Below, one piece after another: positions 1-9,507 of a stretch of DNA of 64,000 bases. The stretch comes from a virus. Under the pieces are notes generated by a model. It was not told where the DNA came from, ran no database searches, and saw only the letters and a list, made by a program, of their open reading frames with translations. The number at the start of each line of letters is the position of its first letter. Position 1 is the first letter of the stretch. A program made the translations under genes and the position numbers. Location: positions 34,692-98,691 of IMG/VR virus record IMGVR_UViG_3300028048_000053. One strand, given 5' to 3'.

Positions 1-339
1 TTAAGAAATCATATCGCGTCTTGTTTGACAGTGGGGAACAAGCGCGGGAGCCATAGAAAGGGCTAGTAACCACACGCAGTTATAACATACTGACGCCTGA
101 AACAAGTCGAGGAAAACGAATGATACGGGCGTGCTCGTAAATCCGAGCATTGGGAGGGACTCCAAGTGGCAGGTAACGATTGCAGGACGCTCCTAGGTAA
201 AAAGGCCGTGAAACTCGGCAAAGTGGTTGTATGATTATTTAATTTGGACTAACCATAAAAACTGCCCCTTGGTTTGTATGCAAAGATTTTGGGTTCTCGT
301 CTGGCATAGCGATTGTAAAGGAAATATGCTGCTTCATAT

Positions 340-415
340 GCGCGCTTAGTTCAGCTGGGAGAGCAACGGACTTACATTCCGTAGGTCGCAGGTTCGAGTC
401 CTGCAGTGCGCACCA
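340..415 (+). tRNA. tRNA-Val(TAC), CCA encoded
   Basis: Cloverleaf GCGCGCT../AGTGCGC acceptor, anticodon stem ACGGA/TCCGT, loop CTTACAT, T-arm GGTTCGAGTCC. Confidence 0.85.
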
Positions 416-716
416 GGCCAAATATGCTATCGCGAACAAGGCTTCGGGGATGCTTGGTGGTCGAGCCCCAGAAAAAAGACCACCACTGGCGAGTGAGAGG
501 ATAACCGGTGCATAACGGAAAAACCCCGTAAGCTCACTCAACAAGAATAAACATTTTGAGACGCATACAGCAATAATTAAAAAGATACTTGTGAAAATTA
601 GATTTTTTCTACACATGCCTTATCCAAAGTCCTTTAGTTGTGGACAGTTTTTACTTTGGCCAGGTTTGATTAAAACATAGTCCTCTGCGTCTCGAAGCAT
701 TTAAGAGAGGTATAAT

Positions 717-1169
717 ATGGAGATTTATACAAGCTATTTCTATTAGGTAAGATTTATGAAACCCCATATGATACCTCTTTCTACTGCTGTTTGGGGGCCG
801 TCTTGGTTTAAGCAAGGCCATCCTTGGAAAGATAAAAATGGAGTTTGGAATGGGCTTAAGGCTGATGTATTTGCGCCGGGCCCACTTTGCGAAGGATTGT
901 GCAGAGGTCCAGAGACCTGTGCGACGAAAGACCCGCAAACCTGCCTTTTTCTAAGTGCATATCGTCGTCAACTTGACCAACTTGATTTTGATAGCGTGAT
1001 TGCGCGCTGTGAACGCATGGGCAATTATATTAAATCATTAGAAAATTTTTCTGAAGAACCTGTGATAATCCTTCTCGTTCACGAAGCAAAAACTAATCCT
1101 TGCTCAGAACGTCGCGTTATCCAAGAGTGGTTTGCAGCGCATGGTAAACAAGTAATAGAATGGGGATAA
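717..1169 (+). CDS. hypothetical protein; reads through an in-frame TAG at 744-746
   Basis: ATG at 717 with AGAGAGG RBS 7 nt upstream is in frame with the 756..1169 ORF across one TAG; ends TAA. Confidence 0.5.
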
Positions 1170-1171
1170 TT

Positions 1172-1336
1172 ATGACTGATAAAGAAATTTATCAAAAAAT
1201 TACGGCAAGAGAAATTCTTAATATTATTGAAGAAATTTGTTTCAGTGAACACTATCTTGAATTTAGAGTTAATAAAGGTTCTAATGGACAAAGAGATTTA
1301 ATTATCCGATTAATTAAAGAAAAATATGGGGTATAA
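1172..1336 (+). CDS. small hypothetical protein (54 aa)
   Basis: ATG 1172 immediately after upstream TAA, uninterrupted frame to TAA 1334-1336. Confidence 0.4.
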   Translation: MTDKEIYQKITAREILNIIEEICFSEHYLEFRVNKGSNGQRDLIIRLIKEKYGV

Positions 1337-1338
1337 GT

Positions 1339-1578
1339 ATGGAGATAAAACTTAATTATACCCAGGAGGAATTATCTACTCTTCTGGACGGACTTAATAA
1401 TGCGTGTATCGCCCTTGGAGAAGTTTATGCGGCGGGACGTTTGGGGTGTTAGGTTCCAAGCAAATTCAGACCATTATTTGAAACAAGAACATTTGATGAA
1501 ATGATGGAGGAAACTCGTCTGCGCGAAGATGCTGTGAAGCAACTTTATGATTTTCTTTTGAGTTACGAACAAAAATAA
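1339..1578 (+). CDS. hypothetical protein (79 codons, one in-frame TAG)
   Basis: ATG 1339 directly after previous stop; frame open to TAA 1576-1578 except one TAG. Confidence 0.45.
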
Positions 1579-1580
1579 AT

Positions 1581-1655
1581 GCGCCTGTAGTTTAACGGCT
1601 AAAATAACAGACTTCCACTCTGTAGATGGGGTTTCGACTACCCCTAGGCGCTCCA
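1581..1655 (+). tRNA. tRNA-Gly(TCC), CCA encoded
   Basis: Acceptor GCGCCTG/TAGGCGC, anticodon stem ACAGA/TCTGT, loop CTTCCAC, T-arm GGGGTTTCGACTACCCC. Confidence 0.85.
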
Positions 1656-1761
1656 AAAGCCGCCAGAGCAATGCGGCACTACCTGCTAGCAAGGTCCCGT
1701 AGAAACGCGCCCTGCTGGCGGCTTTATAATCAAGGGTAAAGGAGCAGAATAAAAATAAAGA

Positions 1762-2100
1762 ATGAAAAGTTCTGAGTATTACGAAAATTTTTATCCCAAG
1801 TATGTGAAGGTGCATACGCTTGTTGCCGAAACAGTTGCTCACAGGACAGCGACAGACTACTGGAAGAATTTAACCGATGAAGATTTGTGGGGCGTTCTGC
1901 GTTTTATTGAGTGGGCTAATTTTTCTATTAAAGAAGGCTTAGAAAAACAGGAAAGTGATACTGATTTGACAGCATTCTGCGTACCGGATACATTTCCATT
2001 AAGCAATAGACTAATGTGTACTAATTGTGGATATACCATAGAATCAAAACTTGATCGTTACTGTAAACGTTGTGGTGCTCGATTTATTTCTCGGTCTTAA
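1762..2100 (+). CDS. hypothetical protein with C-terminal CxxC..CxxC zinc ribbon
   Basis: ORF track 112 aa; CTNCGYT...CKRCG motif. Confidence 0.6.
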   Translation: MKSSEYYENFYPKYVKVHTLVAETVAHRTATDYWKNLTDEDLWGVLRFIEWANFSIKEGLEKQESDTDLTAFCVPDTFPLSNRLMCTNCGYTIESKLDRYCKRCGARFISRS

Positions 2101-2171
2101 TATTACATAATCTCTTCTATGTGTAAAAAAACATAAATTAAACATATTCAATTCTAATTAAAAATCCTTCT

Positions 2172-2218
2172 TTGATTTTTTATAAAAAATATAATATAAT
2201 ATTTATAGAAAAGATAAA
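2172..2218 (+). promoter_or_regulatory. conserved phage promoter-like repeat (TTGATTTTTTATAAAAAATATAATATAATAT.TATAGAAAA)
   Basis: Member of a repeat found at least 16 times, always 15-40 nt upstream of an RBS and ATG. Confidence 0.6.
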
Positions 2219-2230
2219 GAGGTATTTTCT

Positions 2231-2422
2231 ATGTATATTTGTCCTATATGTAATCGACAATTTGACAATCCAGAGCAGATAGCAAAACATTCGCTGCCCT
2301 GTTGGAAAGAGCATAATCCTAACCACAAGTCCACACCTGCGCCCCGTAGCGAAGATATAACTGAACGAGAAGTTAGTGATGCTGCTCTTAATTTTTTCGC
2401 TTCTTTGAAGAATCGGGGTTAA
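2231..2422 (+). CDS. small CxxC zinc-finger protein
   Basis: ORF track 63 aa, promoter repeat plus RBS upstream. Confidence 0.55.
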   Translation: MYICPICNRQFDNPEQIAKHSLPCWKEHNPNHKSTPAPRSEDITEREVSDAALNFFASLKNRG

Positions 2423-2424
2423 GT

Positions 2425-2775
2425 ATGCAGGAAGTAATGCTTAAAACCCACCTCATTGTTACCGATGTTCATGAAGAGTATTTTGTGAAGTGGACTGGTA
2501 ATATTGCCAATGCGAAGCCTCTTTTTAAGAACGATATGCCCGTGTTTGTTATCATTGGATCTGAGGCTCGTATGGAGTTGAACACAATCAATATCAAACA
2601 GATTGAGGAGTGCGCCAAGCGCATGACTCACCCTCGTGGCAGACAAGCAGTTACCACAGATAAAGCGTTTATTTACATCAAAGAAGAGGACGGAAGTGAA
2701 AAACTCATCGGCAGCGTTACTCACAATCATGTGAAGCAATATCAGCAGATGTACGACCGTTTTGAACGAGTATAA
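2425..2775 (+). CDS. hypothetical protein
   Basis: ORF track 116 aa, ATG follows previous stop. Confidence 0.6.
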   Translation: MQEVMLKTHLIVTDVHEEYFVKWTGNIANAKPLFKNDMPVFVIIGSEARMELNTINIKQIEECAKRMTHPRGRQAVTTDKAFIYIKEEDGSEKLIGSVTHNHVKQYQQMYDRFERV

Positions 2776-2784
2776 AAATCTTCC

Positions 2785-2832
2785 CTTTGATTTTTTATAA
2801 AAAATATATTATAATATATATGTAAGATAAAG
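2785..2832 (+). promoter_or_regulatory. promoter-like repeat copy
   Basis: same consensus as 2172. Confidence 0.55.
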
Positions 2833-2858
2833 AAAGGGAAAGAAACCAAGATAGAAAG

Positions 2859-3107
2859 TTGAGAGAGGTGATTGTTATAAAAAATATTCTTAGTTATCAG
2901 TCTGGTACTCGTTTTACTGGCGCAGAAATCAAAGCGTGGGTAAAAGAGCAACTTGAAAATCACACTTCTCACGAGCATCAAGCTCATTATATGACTCGCT
3001 TTTCTAATGTGAAAGATGACCGTTTATACTTCATTAGTATCGAGCATCCCTATGTGTCTCCTTGGACTAAGAAGCAAGTGCGTCCAAAAGTCTATCGAGC
3101 TACATAA
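2859..3107 (+). CDS. hypothetical protein (start TTG 2859 or GTG 2868 uncertain)
   Basis: ORF track 82 aa, downstream of promoter repeat. Confidence 0.5.
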   Translation: MREVIVIKNILSYQSGTRFTGAEIKAWVKEQLENHTSHEHQAHYMTRFSNVKDDRLYFISIEHPYVSPWTKKQVRPKVYRAT

Positions 3108-3110
3108 AAA

Positions 3111-3158
3111 GATTTCCTTTTGATTTTTTATAAAAAATATAATATAATATTTATAGAA
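3111..3158 (+). promoter_or_regulatory. promoter-like repeat copy
   Basis: consensus repeat. Confidence 0.55.
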
Positions 3159-3176
3159 AAGATAAAGAAAGGGGAT

Positions 3177-3545
3177 ATGAATATGAGCTACTTTGATAGA
3201 GAAAAAAATCCTTATGGCATCAACAAAAATTCTCACTATTTCGCTCTGATGAATCCTATCTGCGGCTTCGGTTTCTTTGCCGATGCAGACAAGCATGACT
3301 GGGTGGAGTGCGAGATTGTTGAGGATCGCTACGAAGTCGATGAGGGTTATAAGGTGACTCTGAAGCCTCTGGACAGCAATCACGCTTCTCGGGACTTCTA
3401 TCAGTGCGACTTCATTAGCTTGATGAAAAGTGGTCATATCGTTGAAAAGACCAATGATTCACTTCATATTGAGCATGAAGAAATTTATATTCCTCTGACC
3501 AATACGGCTTATCTGGTTTGCAATGGTGATTATATCACAGACTGA
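3177..3545 (+). CDS. hypothetical protein
   Basis: ATG after AAAGGGGA RBS; the ORF track 5-prime extension overlaps the promoter. Confidence 0.6.
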   Translation: MNMSYFDREKNPYGINKNSHYFALMNPICGFGFFADADKHDWVECEIVEDRYEVDEGYKVTLKPLDSNHASRDFYQCDFISLMKSGHIVEKTNDSLHIEHEEIYIPLTNTAYLVCNGDYITD

Positions 3546-3561
3546 GCAAAATCCTCTGTTT

Positions 3562-3605
3562 TTGATTTTTTATAAAAAATATAATATAATATATATAGAA
3601 AATAA
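3562..3605 (+). promoter_or_regulatory. promoter-like repeat copy
   Basis: consensus repeat. Confidence 0.55.
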
Positions 3606-3623
3606 AGAAAGGGGAATTGAAAG

Positions 3624-3818
3624 ATGTTTTATGATTCTTTTTTATGTGAGCAACAAATTGATGAAATCATCCCCGAAGAATATGAAGATTGGCTGCGCTT
3701 CTGTGCCGGAGCCTACGAGGAAGCCGAATATGAGCTTCATGACCACTTCGAGGAGGATGAAGATGATTGCTTCGAGCCTGGCCGCCCTATTGTTTACATG
3801 TTTGACCTGAATCCCTAA
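3624..3818 (+). CDS. small acidic protein
   Basis: ORF track 64 aa, RBS AAAGGGGAA upstream. Confidence 0.55.
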   Translation: MFYDSFLCEQQIDEIIPEEYEDWLRFCAGAYEEAEYELHDHFEEDEDDCFEPGRPIVYMFDLNP

Positions 3819-3835
3819 GCAAAAAGAACTTCCAT

Positions 3836-3882
3836 TGATTTTTATAAAAAAATATTATATAATATATATGTAAGATAAAGAA
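3836..3882 (+). promoter_or_regulatory. promoter-like repeat copy facing an ORF-free structured region and the tRNA array
   Basis: consensus repeat; no credible ORF for 1.1 kb downstream. Confidence 0.5.
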
Positions 3883-4094
3883 AGGGAAAGAAACCAAGAT
3901 AGAAAGTTGGACTTGGCATTGACCATCATCCCTTCTCGTTCTTTAATATCGCTCCCTGTTAGTTATGCGCGAGGGACTTGGACAGCCGTAAAGGAAATCC
4001 ATCAAGTAAGTTGTAGCTTTTTCTAAAAAGAAATATCAGACTGCGTAATATCTTATTTGGTGGTTGGTATCGACACACGACGCGCGATTTATAT

Positions 4095-4173
4095 GGGGGA
4101 TGGGACTGCATAGAGTGGTCATCTGTTTTGCACACAGAAAATCAGACGGGGGCGGTACCCGTATCCTCCACCA
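4095..4173 (+). tRNA. tRNA-like element, anticodon TGC (Ala-like), non-canonical D and T loops, CCA encoded
   Basis: Acceptor GGGGGAT/ATCCTCC, anticodon stem TCTGT/ACAGA, loop TTTGCAC, T-stem ACGGG/CCCGT. The D-loop lacks GG and the T-loop is GGCGGTA. Confidence 0.35.
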
Positions 4174-4231
4174 AGAGCGCAAAAGGAGATTGATAGTATC
4201 CACTCGGTCTTAACGGCGCTATACAAATAGG

Positions 4232-4271
4232 CAAAACCAATTACTATCTGGGCAAAACCAATTACTATCTA
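4232..4271 (+). repeat. 20-nt direct repeat GGCAAAACCAATTACTATCT x2
   Basis: Exact tandem duplication in the ORF-free region. Confidence 0.7.
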
Positions 4272-4977
4272 TGCCATCTACTGGCTATCAACAGTAGTGA
4301 GGGTGTGATAGCATCCAAAAGCGAAGCGACGAATGAGCTGGTACTCTCCCAGCCCTAAGGGATATAAGTCGCTGGACACCTCGCCCATTGAGGAGGGAAG
4401 TGCTGGTAGAAACCCACAACACCAGACACCAGAACATAAGGGCATATGGAATGGTAACATTTGGGAATTCGGTGCTATTTTCGAAATAGCCCACCAGCGT
4501 GGCGTGCTGTTTAAATATCCGCCATTATGGCTACAAATCCTACCTCCACGTGGTGTAGCTGGACACTCTGCGAAAAGTTAGCAGACAGAGTGACTGACAG
4601 GATAGATAAGAAGATAATGGCTTGCTAACTTCCCATTATCGTAGAACCGGCAGGATACAACCTGTTCCACAACGGAATAAAAGTCCACGTGATGCATCTA
4701 AGGGGCGACTTAAAGCGTCGCCGTGAATAGGTTCTAATTATCGAAAAGTTATCTCCTTCTTCAAAAATGGAGTAATTGGAAGAACAAAATTTCCAGTAAT
4801 CAAAAGATGTGTGGCTGGCCAACCCAAGGCCCGTAAATATAGCCTTGGGGGCAGGAAGTCGAGCCGCGTGTCTGTCACACACGAGATAGTGGGAGCATTA
4901 CCCATCAGGGCTGCCAAGACGATAGCAAATAAGTCTATAAACAGATGTGCGGTTAGCTGACCTAAAGCTTCATATAT

Positions 4978-5063
4978 GCGGAGCTGGCGTAATTGGTAGC
5001 CGCGCTAGCCTTAGGAGCTAGTGAGCCCAGCTCGTGCGGGTTCGAGTCCCGCGCTCCGCACCA
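4978..5063 (+). tRNA. tRNA-Leu(TAG), type II, CCA encoded
   Basis: Acceptor GCGGAGC/GCTCCGC, loop CTTAGGA, long variable arm, T-arm GGGTTCGAGTCCC. Confidence 0.85.
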
Positions 5064-5252
5064 AAAAGGTTGATTGCGCCTTTAGCCAAAAGCAATCTAA
5101 GCCTGTAAAGACAGGCCGGTGGTATCTATACATCCGTTAAACTGGAAGGTTGGCTTGGGAGTGCGACATGTAACTCCATTCTAGCTCGCGAAGGGACGAG
5201 ATATGCGTGTCTGGACGCTAAAGAAACAAGGTTGGCAACCACCAGCTTTTAT

Positions 5253-5324
5253 GTGGCCGTCGTTTAAGAGGTAGGACAGCCCCGCGGTGAGGGGCGCGTA
5301 CGGGTTCGAGTCCCGCTGGCCGCA
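5253..5324 (+). tRNA. tRNA-like element with an aberrant anticodon loop (GCGGTGA, no U33)
   Basis: Acceptor GTGGCCG/TGGCCGC, D-stem GTTT/GGAC with GG in the loop, canonical T-arm ACGGGTTCGAGTCCCGC, no CCA. Confidence 0.3.
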
Positions 5325-5643
5325 AGATTAGATAACGGGTAGCAGCGCCCATAATACTATGAATAGATGATAGATAGTAAATAAAGAGCTGCGTTGATGA
5401 AGTGCTGGTTGTACGTTCTATGCCGAAACGTAGCCGTGGAATGGCCTTTTGGTTATAGGTTTAGCCTCGCTCCCGTGAAGGCGAGGGATGAAAACCTCCC
5501 AGATAGAATCGCTGTAAGAAGGATTCATGTTCAGGTTTTTGTACTTTTTTCACCGAAAAGGCGGTTGGATGAAAAAAGTACGGTTCAGTGAAGCCGCTGT
5601 AACCAGAAAGAAGAGGGCTGCAGACCTCTTAAGTGCGTTATAT

Positions 5644-5728
5644 ACTCGAATGGCGAAATTGGTAGACGCGCCTGCCTCAAAAGCAGGTGTCGAAAGACGT
5701 GTGGGTTCGAGTCCCACTTTGAGTACCA
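5644..5728 (+). tRNA. tRNA-Leu(CAA), type II, CCA encoded
   Basis: Acceptor ACTCGAA/TTTGAGT, anticodon stem CCTGC/GCAGG, loop CTCAAAA, long variable arm. Confidence 0.85.
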
Positions 5729-5865
5729 ATAGGAAATGCTTGTTGTGAAAGGCAACTCCTTCTGGCTCGACAGAAGAGAAATAATCGAGAAAGGTAGAGG
5801 ATAGCAGGAAAACAACCTGCGGCCGCAAGCATAGTTGAAACCTCACCTCCAACTGGCCATAAAAA

Positions 5866-5910
5866 TTATTTGAAAATTATAAAAAAATATTATATAATAT
5901 ATATAGAAAT
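5866..5910 (+). promoter_or_regulatory. promoter-like repeat copy
   Basis: consensus repeat; a 380-nt GC-rich ORF-free stretch follows before the HNH gene. Confidence 0.5.
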
Positions 5911-6288
5911 GGTGGTTAAAGACTATTACCTCCTCGTGGTGCCACTGGACACGCTTGATTCTATCTCTATAGAGCGTGACGAAAAATAGTCAGATAATAT
6001 TAGCTTGCCTCAAGAACGGGGCCCTCTTGGATGGTGAGATAGCCAAGGGGATACAACAGTAACTCGAAGGTACCAAAGGAATTCGGCTATAAAGTGCGTA
6101 GCGAGCCGTAGAAAAGCTAAAATTATCGAGGTTTGCGGTCAACCTAAAACCGCACTATCTGGCGCAGTAGTGGAACTGGCTAACACGCCGGCCTTTCGTT
6201 AGATTATTTCAAGAGTAGAAAATTTTTTGGTCATCGAAGTTCAATTATCGAAGTGCATTTTTTAAGAATAATGAAAGGAGTAGATGAT

Positions 6289-7017
6289 ATGTCTATTTTA
6301 AATAATTATTCAAACGAAGAATTTGCACGAATTGTATCTGAAAGTATTAATTATAGGGATTGCCTCTACGCTTTAGGATATAATTCATATTCAGGAGCGA
6401 CTATAACTTTGTTGAAATAGAGAATTTCAGATTTAAATCTTGACACTTCTCATTTTACCAGCAAAACACCTATTGAACGCTCGGAAGCTAATATTTTTAT
6501 AGAAAATTCAACCGCCGATCAAAAAACCTTGCGTAGATGGTATACAAAAGGCAATTACACCGAATATAAATGCTCTATATGCGGACAAGATCCTTTTTGG
6601 AATGGCAAAGAATTAACACTTATTCTAGACCATATCAACGGAAAACATACGGACGATAGACTAGAAAATCTTCGTTGGGTTTGTCCGAACTGTAATTATC
6701 AATTAGAAACAACTAATGGTAAAAACAAGCAACATAGAGAGCATAGTTTAAATTATTGTATTGATTGCGGTCAACCTATTTCTAAATCGGCAACAAGGTG
6801 TTTATCTTGCGCCAATAAGGCAAGAGCCTCTAAAGATGTTCCGTATGTATCTAGAGAAGAATTAAAACGCTTAATTAGGATCATGCCTTTTACTTAGATA
6901 GGTGAAAAATTTGGAGTTAGCGATAATGCGGTACGAAAATGGTGTGATAAATATTAGTTACCAAGAAAATCTTCTGAAATAAAAAAAATAACTAATGATG
7001 ACTGGAAAAAAATATGA
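6289..7017 (+). CDS. HNH homing endonuclease (reads through 3 in-frame TAG)
   Basis: WNGK...HINGK...NLRWVCPNC HNH motif; the frame continues through TAG at 6409, 6895 and 6955 to TGA 7015-7017. The C-terminus has a GVSDNAVRKWC helix-turn-helix-like tail. Confidence 0.75.
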
Positions 7018-7215
7018 GTGCAATTCTCATATCTAGCACCAAAGCCGGAGATTGGGGTTTCAAGCACCCCCTGCGTCACCACCTGCGGCGATAGTGCCGC
7101 AAACCGATAACACGGATTTGAGAAGTAAACTACCACCGGCATGGCGTCATGAACCATGATATGTGGCTTAGCGGAAATTCGGTATATAAAGAAGCGAAGT
7201 AACTTCTCTCTATAT

Positions 7216-7292
7216 GGCGCTTTCGTCTAATTGGACTAGGACGCCTCTCTCTCAAGGAGGTAATGTGAGATCGTTCCTCGCAAGCGTCACCA
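7216..7292 (+). tRNA. tRNA-Glu(CTC)-like, T-loop ATCGTTC (54/58 identities swapped), CCA encoded
   Basis: Acceptor GGCGCTT/AAGCGTC, anticodon stem CCTCT/GGAGG, loop CTCTCAA, T-stem GTGAG/CTCGC. The overlapping ORF-track ORFs are spurious. Confidence 0.45.
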
Positions 7293-7295
7293 CAG

Positions 7296-7325
7296 CGGCG
7301 AGCGCCGCAAGCGTTTTTATGACAG
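7296..7325 (+). terminator. rho-independent terminator (GCGGC GAGC GCCGC then T-run)
   Basis: GC hairpin with tetraloop followed by TTTTTAT directly after the tRNA-like element. Confidence 0.5.
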
Positions 7326-7401
7326 CAATAATACCAGCAGCCAATCACGCTGGAAAAACACTCGTTTTCCTTGTTTCGAGCATAAAAACAAGGATTCTTA
7401 A

Positions 7402-7474
7402 TGCGGGGAGAAACAGTTTTCACTCTGGCCCCATAAGCCAGACTCCGTGGGGGCAGCACCCACTCCCGCAACCA
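7402..7474 (+). tRNA. tRNA-like element with anticodon CAT, loop CCCATAA, minimal D-arm, CCA encoded
   Basis: Acceptor TGCGGGG/TCCCGCA, anticodon stem CTGGC/GCCAG, T-stem GTGGG/CCCAC with a non-canonical loop. Confidence 0.25.
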
Positions 7475-7839
7475 ACCAGGGCCGTGATTTCTAATTACTT
7501 TCAAATGCGCCCTGTTACAAATAAACCAAGAAAGTAATAGAACCTCAAAACGGGATCTTATTAGTTCTGCTCATCGGTTTGTCCTCCCTATTTACAAACT
7601 TTGGTCTAATAAGCTGAGGGAAGCCACCGTTTTTTTCAATACAAAAAGACTTTATTAGCAGGAGTCTTTTAGAAAACTTGTATGTGGGTATCTCCTTTCT
7701 TTGTATTTTGTGTGTTTTCTTTTTCACTTTCTTTTTTGTTTATACAAGTTGGATTTTTTTACCTGCTAATTCTTTTTTTGTGTATATTAAAGATTTTTTA
7801 ATCTTTTAATATAATATATTTGAAAGGTAGGAATTTCAA

Positions 7840-8127
7840 ATGAAGTTTTATAGCGAAAGTCTAAACAAGATGTTTGACTCGGCTGATGCGTGCGCAGAAG
7901 CAGAGAGCGCGCATGAAAAGGCTATGGCAGAAGCAGAGGCCAAGAAAAAGGCACTTGCGGATGAAAGAGCCAGTAGAGCCAAGGAAGTTGAGGAAGCTTA
8001 TAAGACTGCCGTTGAAGCCAAAAAGGTTTACAACGAAAAGCTTCAGGATTTCTTGAAGGATTATGGTTCATTCCATGCGACCTTTAAGAATGTTGATCCA
8101 TTCTTCAGCTTCCTTGATTGGTTCTAA
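7840..8127 (+). CDS. hypothetical Ala/Lys/Glu-rich protein
   Basis: ORF track 95 aa, RBS AAAGGTAGGAA upstream. Confidence 0.6.
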   Translation: MKFYSESLNKMFDSADACAEAESAHEKAMAEAEAKKKALADERASRAKEVEEAYKTAVEAKKVYNEKLQDFLKDYGSFHATFKNVDPFFSFLDWF

Positions 8128-8171
8128 CAAAAGCGGTTTCAGCTCCTTTTCCGCAAAAGGAGCTTTCATAT

Positions 8172-8264
8172 GGATGGGTGGCAGAGTTGGTTGAATGCGG
8201 CGCCCTGCTAAGGCGTTGACCCTGGTAACGGGGTCCGGAGGTTCGAATCCTCTCCCATCCGCCA
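8172..8264 (+). tRNA. tRNA-Ser(GCT), type II, CCA encoded
   Basis: Acceptor GGATGGG/CCCATCC, loop CTGCTAA, long variable arm, T-arm GGAGGTTCGAATCCTCT. Confidence 0.85.
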
Positions 8265-8335
8265 AAAGCCAAGACTCTTGCAGCAATATTTTTTACATAT
8301 TTTAGGCTATGTATGAACGAGTCTTGTTTTTATAT

Positions 8336-8424
8336 GCGCGGTGATTTCACCCGGCGGTGAACCTAGTCTTGAAAACTAGTGGAGTCAGGGATGGCTTGGG
8401 GGTCGGCACCTCCGCCGCGCGCCA
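8336..8424 (+). tRNA. tRNA-Ser(TGA)-like, type II, atypical T-loop GTCGGCA, CCA encoded
   Basis: Acceptor GCGCGGT/GCCGCGC, anticodon stem CTAGT/ACTAG, loop CTTGAAA, long variable arm. Confidence 0.4.
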
Positions 8425-8429
8425 AATAA

Positions 8430-8502
8430 GCCCGTGTGGCCAAGTGGATAAGGCACGAGCTTCCTAAGCCCGGATTCCTAGGTTCAAATCCTAGCACGGG
8501 TG
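8430..8502 (+). tRNA. tRNA-Arg(CCT), no CCA
   Basis: Acceptor GCCCGTG/CACGGGT, loop TTCCTAA, T-arm CTAGGTTCAAATCCTAG; one A.C mismatch in the anticodon stem. Confidence 0.7.
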
Positions 8503-8646
8503 CGGCAACAAGAGCAGACCTTCACGTGGTGTTGTTGTTTTTACTAATTGCTCAAAAAAAACTACGAATTTTTTTGGACGAAGTTCAAAAAGATGGTTCT
8601 AATAATTTTTATATGTAATAGAAGATAAAACTAGGAGGAATTATAT

Positions 8647-9330
8647 ATGAAAATTAAATTTGAACATACAGAATTTCCATATCATGGCGGCGCTCTAAAA
8701 GATGAATTAATTAAAATAAGAGGAAATAAATGTGAAGACTGCGGTTTAACAATATGGAAAAATTAGCCTATCCCTCTTGAAGCACATCATATTGATGGAG
8801 ATAGATGTAATAATACTCTTGAAAATTTAATACTTTTATGCCCTAACTGTCATACCTTAACTCCAAACTACGGAGCAAAAAATAGAAACAGAAGAGAATT
8901 TTCTGATGAAGAAATTATTAAATCTTTACAAACGCACAAATCAATTCGTCAAGCGTTGTTCGCATTAGGAATGTCTGATGCTGGCGCAAACTATGAAAGA
9001 GTAAGAACTTTAATAAATAATAATGCAGATAGAGAAATTTTAATTGATAATTCAATAGAAAAACGAATAAAATATTGTCCTGATTGTGGCAAAGTTATTT
9101 CACAATAGGCAACTCATTGTGCAGAATGCGCTAAAAAAGCATCTCGTGTTGTTGAAAGACCAGATAGAGAAACTTTAAAAGAAGAAGTTTATAATACTCC
9201 ATTTACCGAACTTGGAAAAAAGTATCATGTAAGTGATAAGAGTATTTAGAAATGGTGTGCTTATTATAAATTGCCTTCAAGAAGAAAAGATATAAAACAA
9301 TTTACAAAGGAAGAATGGATGGCGTTATAA
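8647..9330 (+). CDS. HNH homing endonuclease (reads through 3 in-frame TAG), paralog of 6289
   Basis: LEAHHIDGDRCNN..LLCPNCH motif; the frame is continuous from ATG 8647 to TAA 9328-9330 with TAG at 8764, 9106 and 9247. Confidence 0.75.
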
Positions 9331-9332
9331 AT

Positions 9333-9408
9333 GCGCCCTTAGGCTAATTGGATAAACCAAAGGCCTACGAAGCCTTTATTACCTGTTCAAGTCAGGTAGG
9401 GCGTACCA
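9333..9408 (+). tRNA. tRNA-Arg(ACG), CCA encoded
   Basis: Acceptor GCGCCCT/AGGGCGT, anticodon stem AAGGC/GCCTT, loop CTACGAA, T-arm ACCTGTTCAAGTCAGGT. Confidence 0.85.
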
Positions 9409-9507
9409 ACGGGGTTGTGGGAGTTTCCCCGCCGGATAAAACTCCAAGGGATCTACAAGAGTTAGGTTAAGCCCATAGAGGGGTGACGATGAAACACTAT
9501 TCCCCTC

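Noticed and set aside
239-616. Minus-strand 125-aa ORF (and similar ORFs 1474..1842 -, 5550..5852 -, 8068..8286 -, 8436..8618 +, 10211..10477 -, 12828..13154 +)
   Set aside because: They overlap well-formed tRNA genes or promoter repeats. GC-rich tRNA DNA lacks stops by chance, and the products have no protein-like composition.
4232-4271. Possible CRISPR array
   Set aside because: There are only two directly abutting 20-nt copies with no spacers and no cas genes, so this is a simple duplication.
3900-4980. tmRNA, RNase P RNA or 6S RNA in the ORF-free regions
   Set aside because: No tag-peptide ORF ending ..AA-stop with a tRNA-like 3-prime end was found. No RNase P P4 consensus (AGGAAAGUCCGGGCUCC-like) was found. 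These RNAs cannot be excluded without covariance searches.
7130-7537. ORFs 7130..7504 (-) and 7214..7537 (+) of more than 100 aa
   Set aside because: They lie in a GC-rich non-coding island that contains two cloverleaf elements and a terminator. They have mutually exclusive frames, Arg/Pro-rich junk composition and no RBS.
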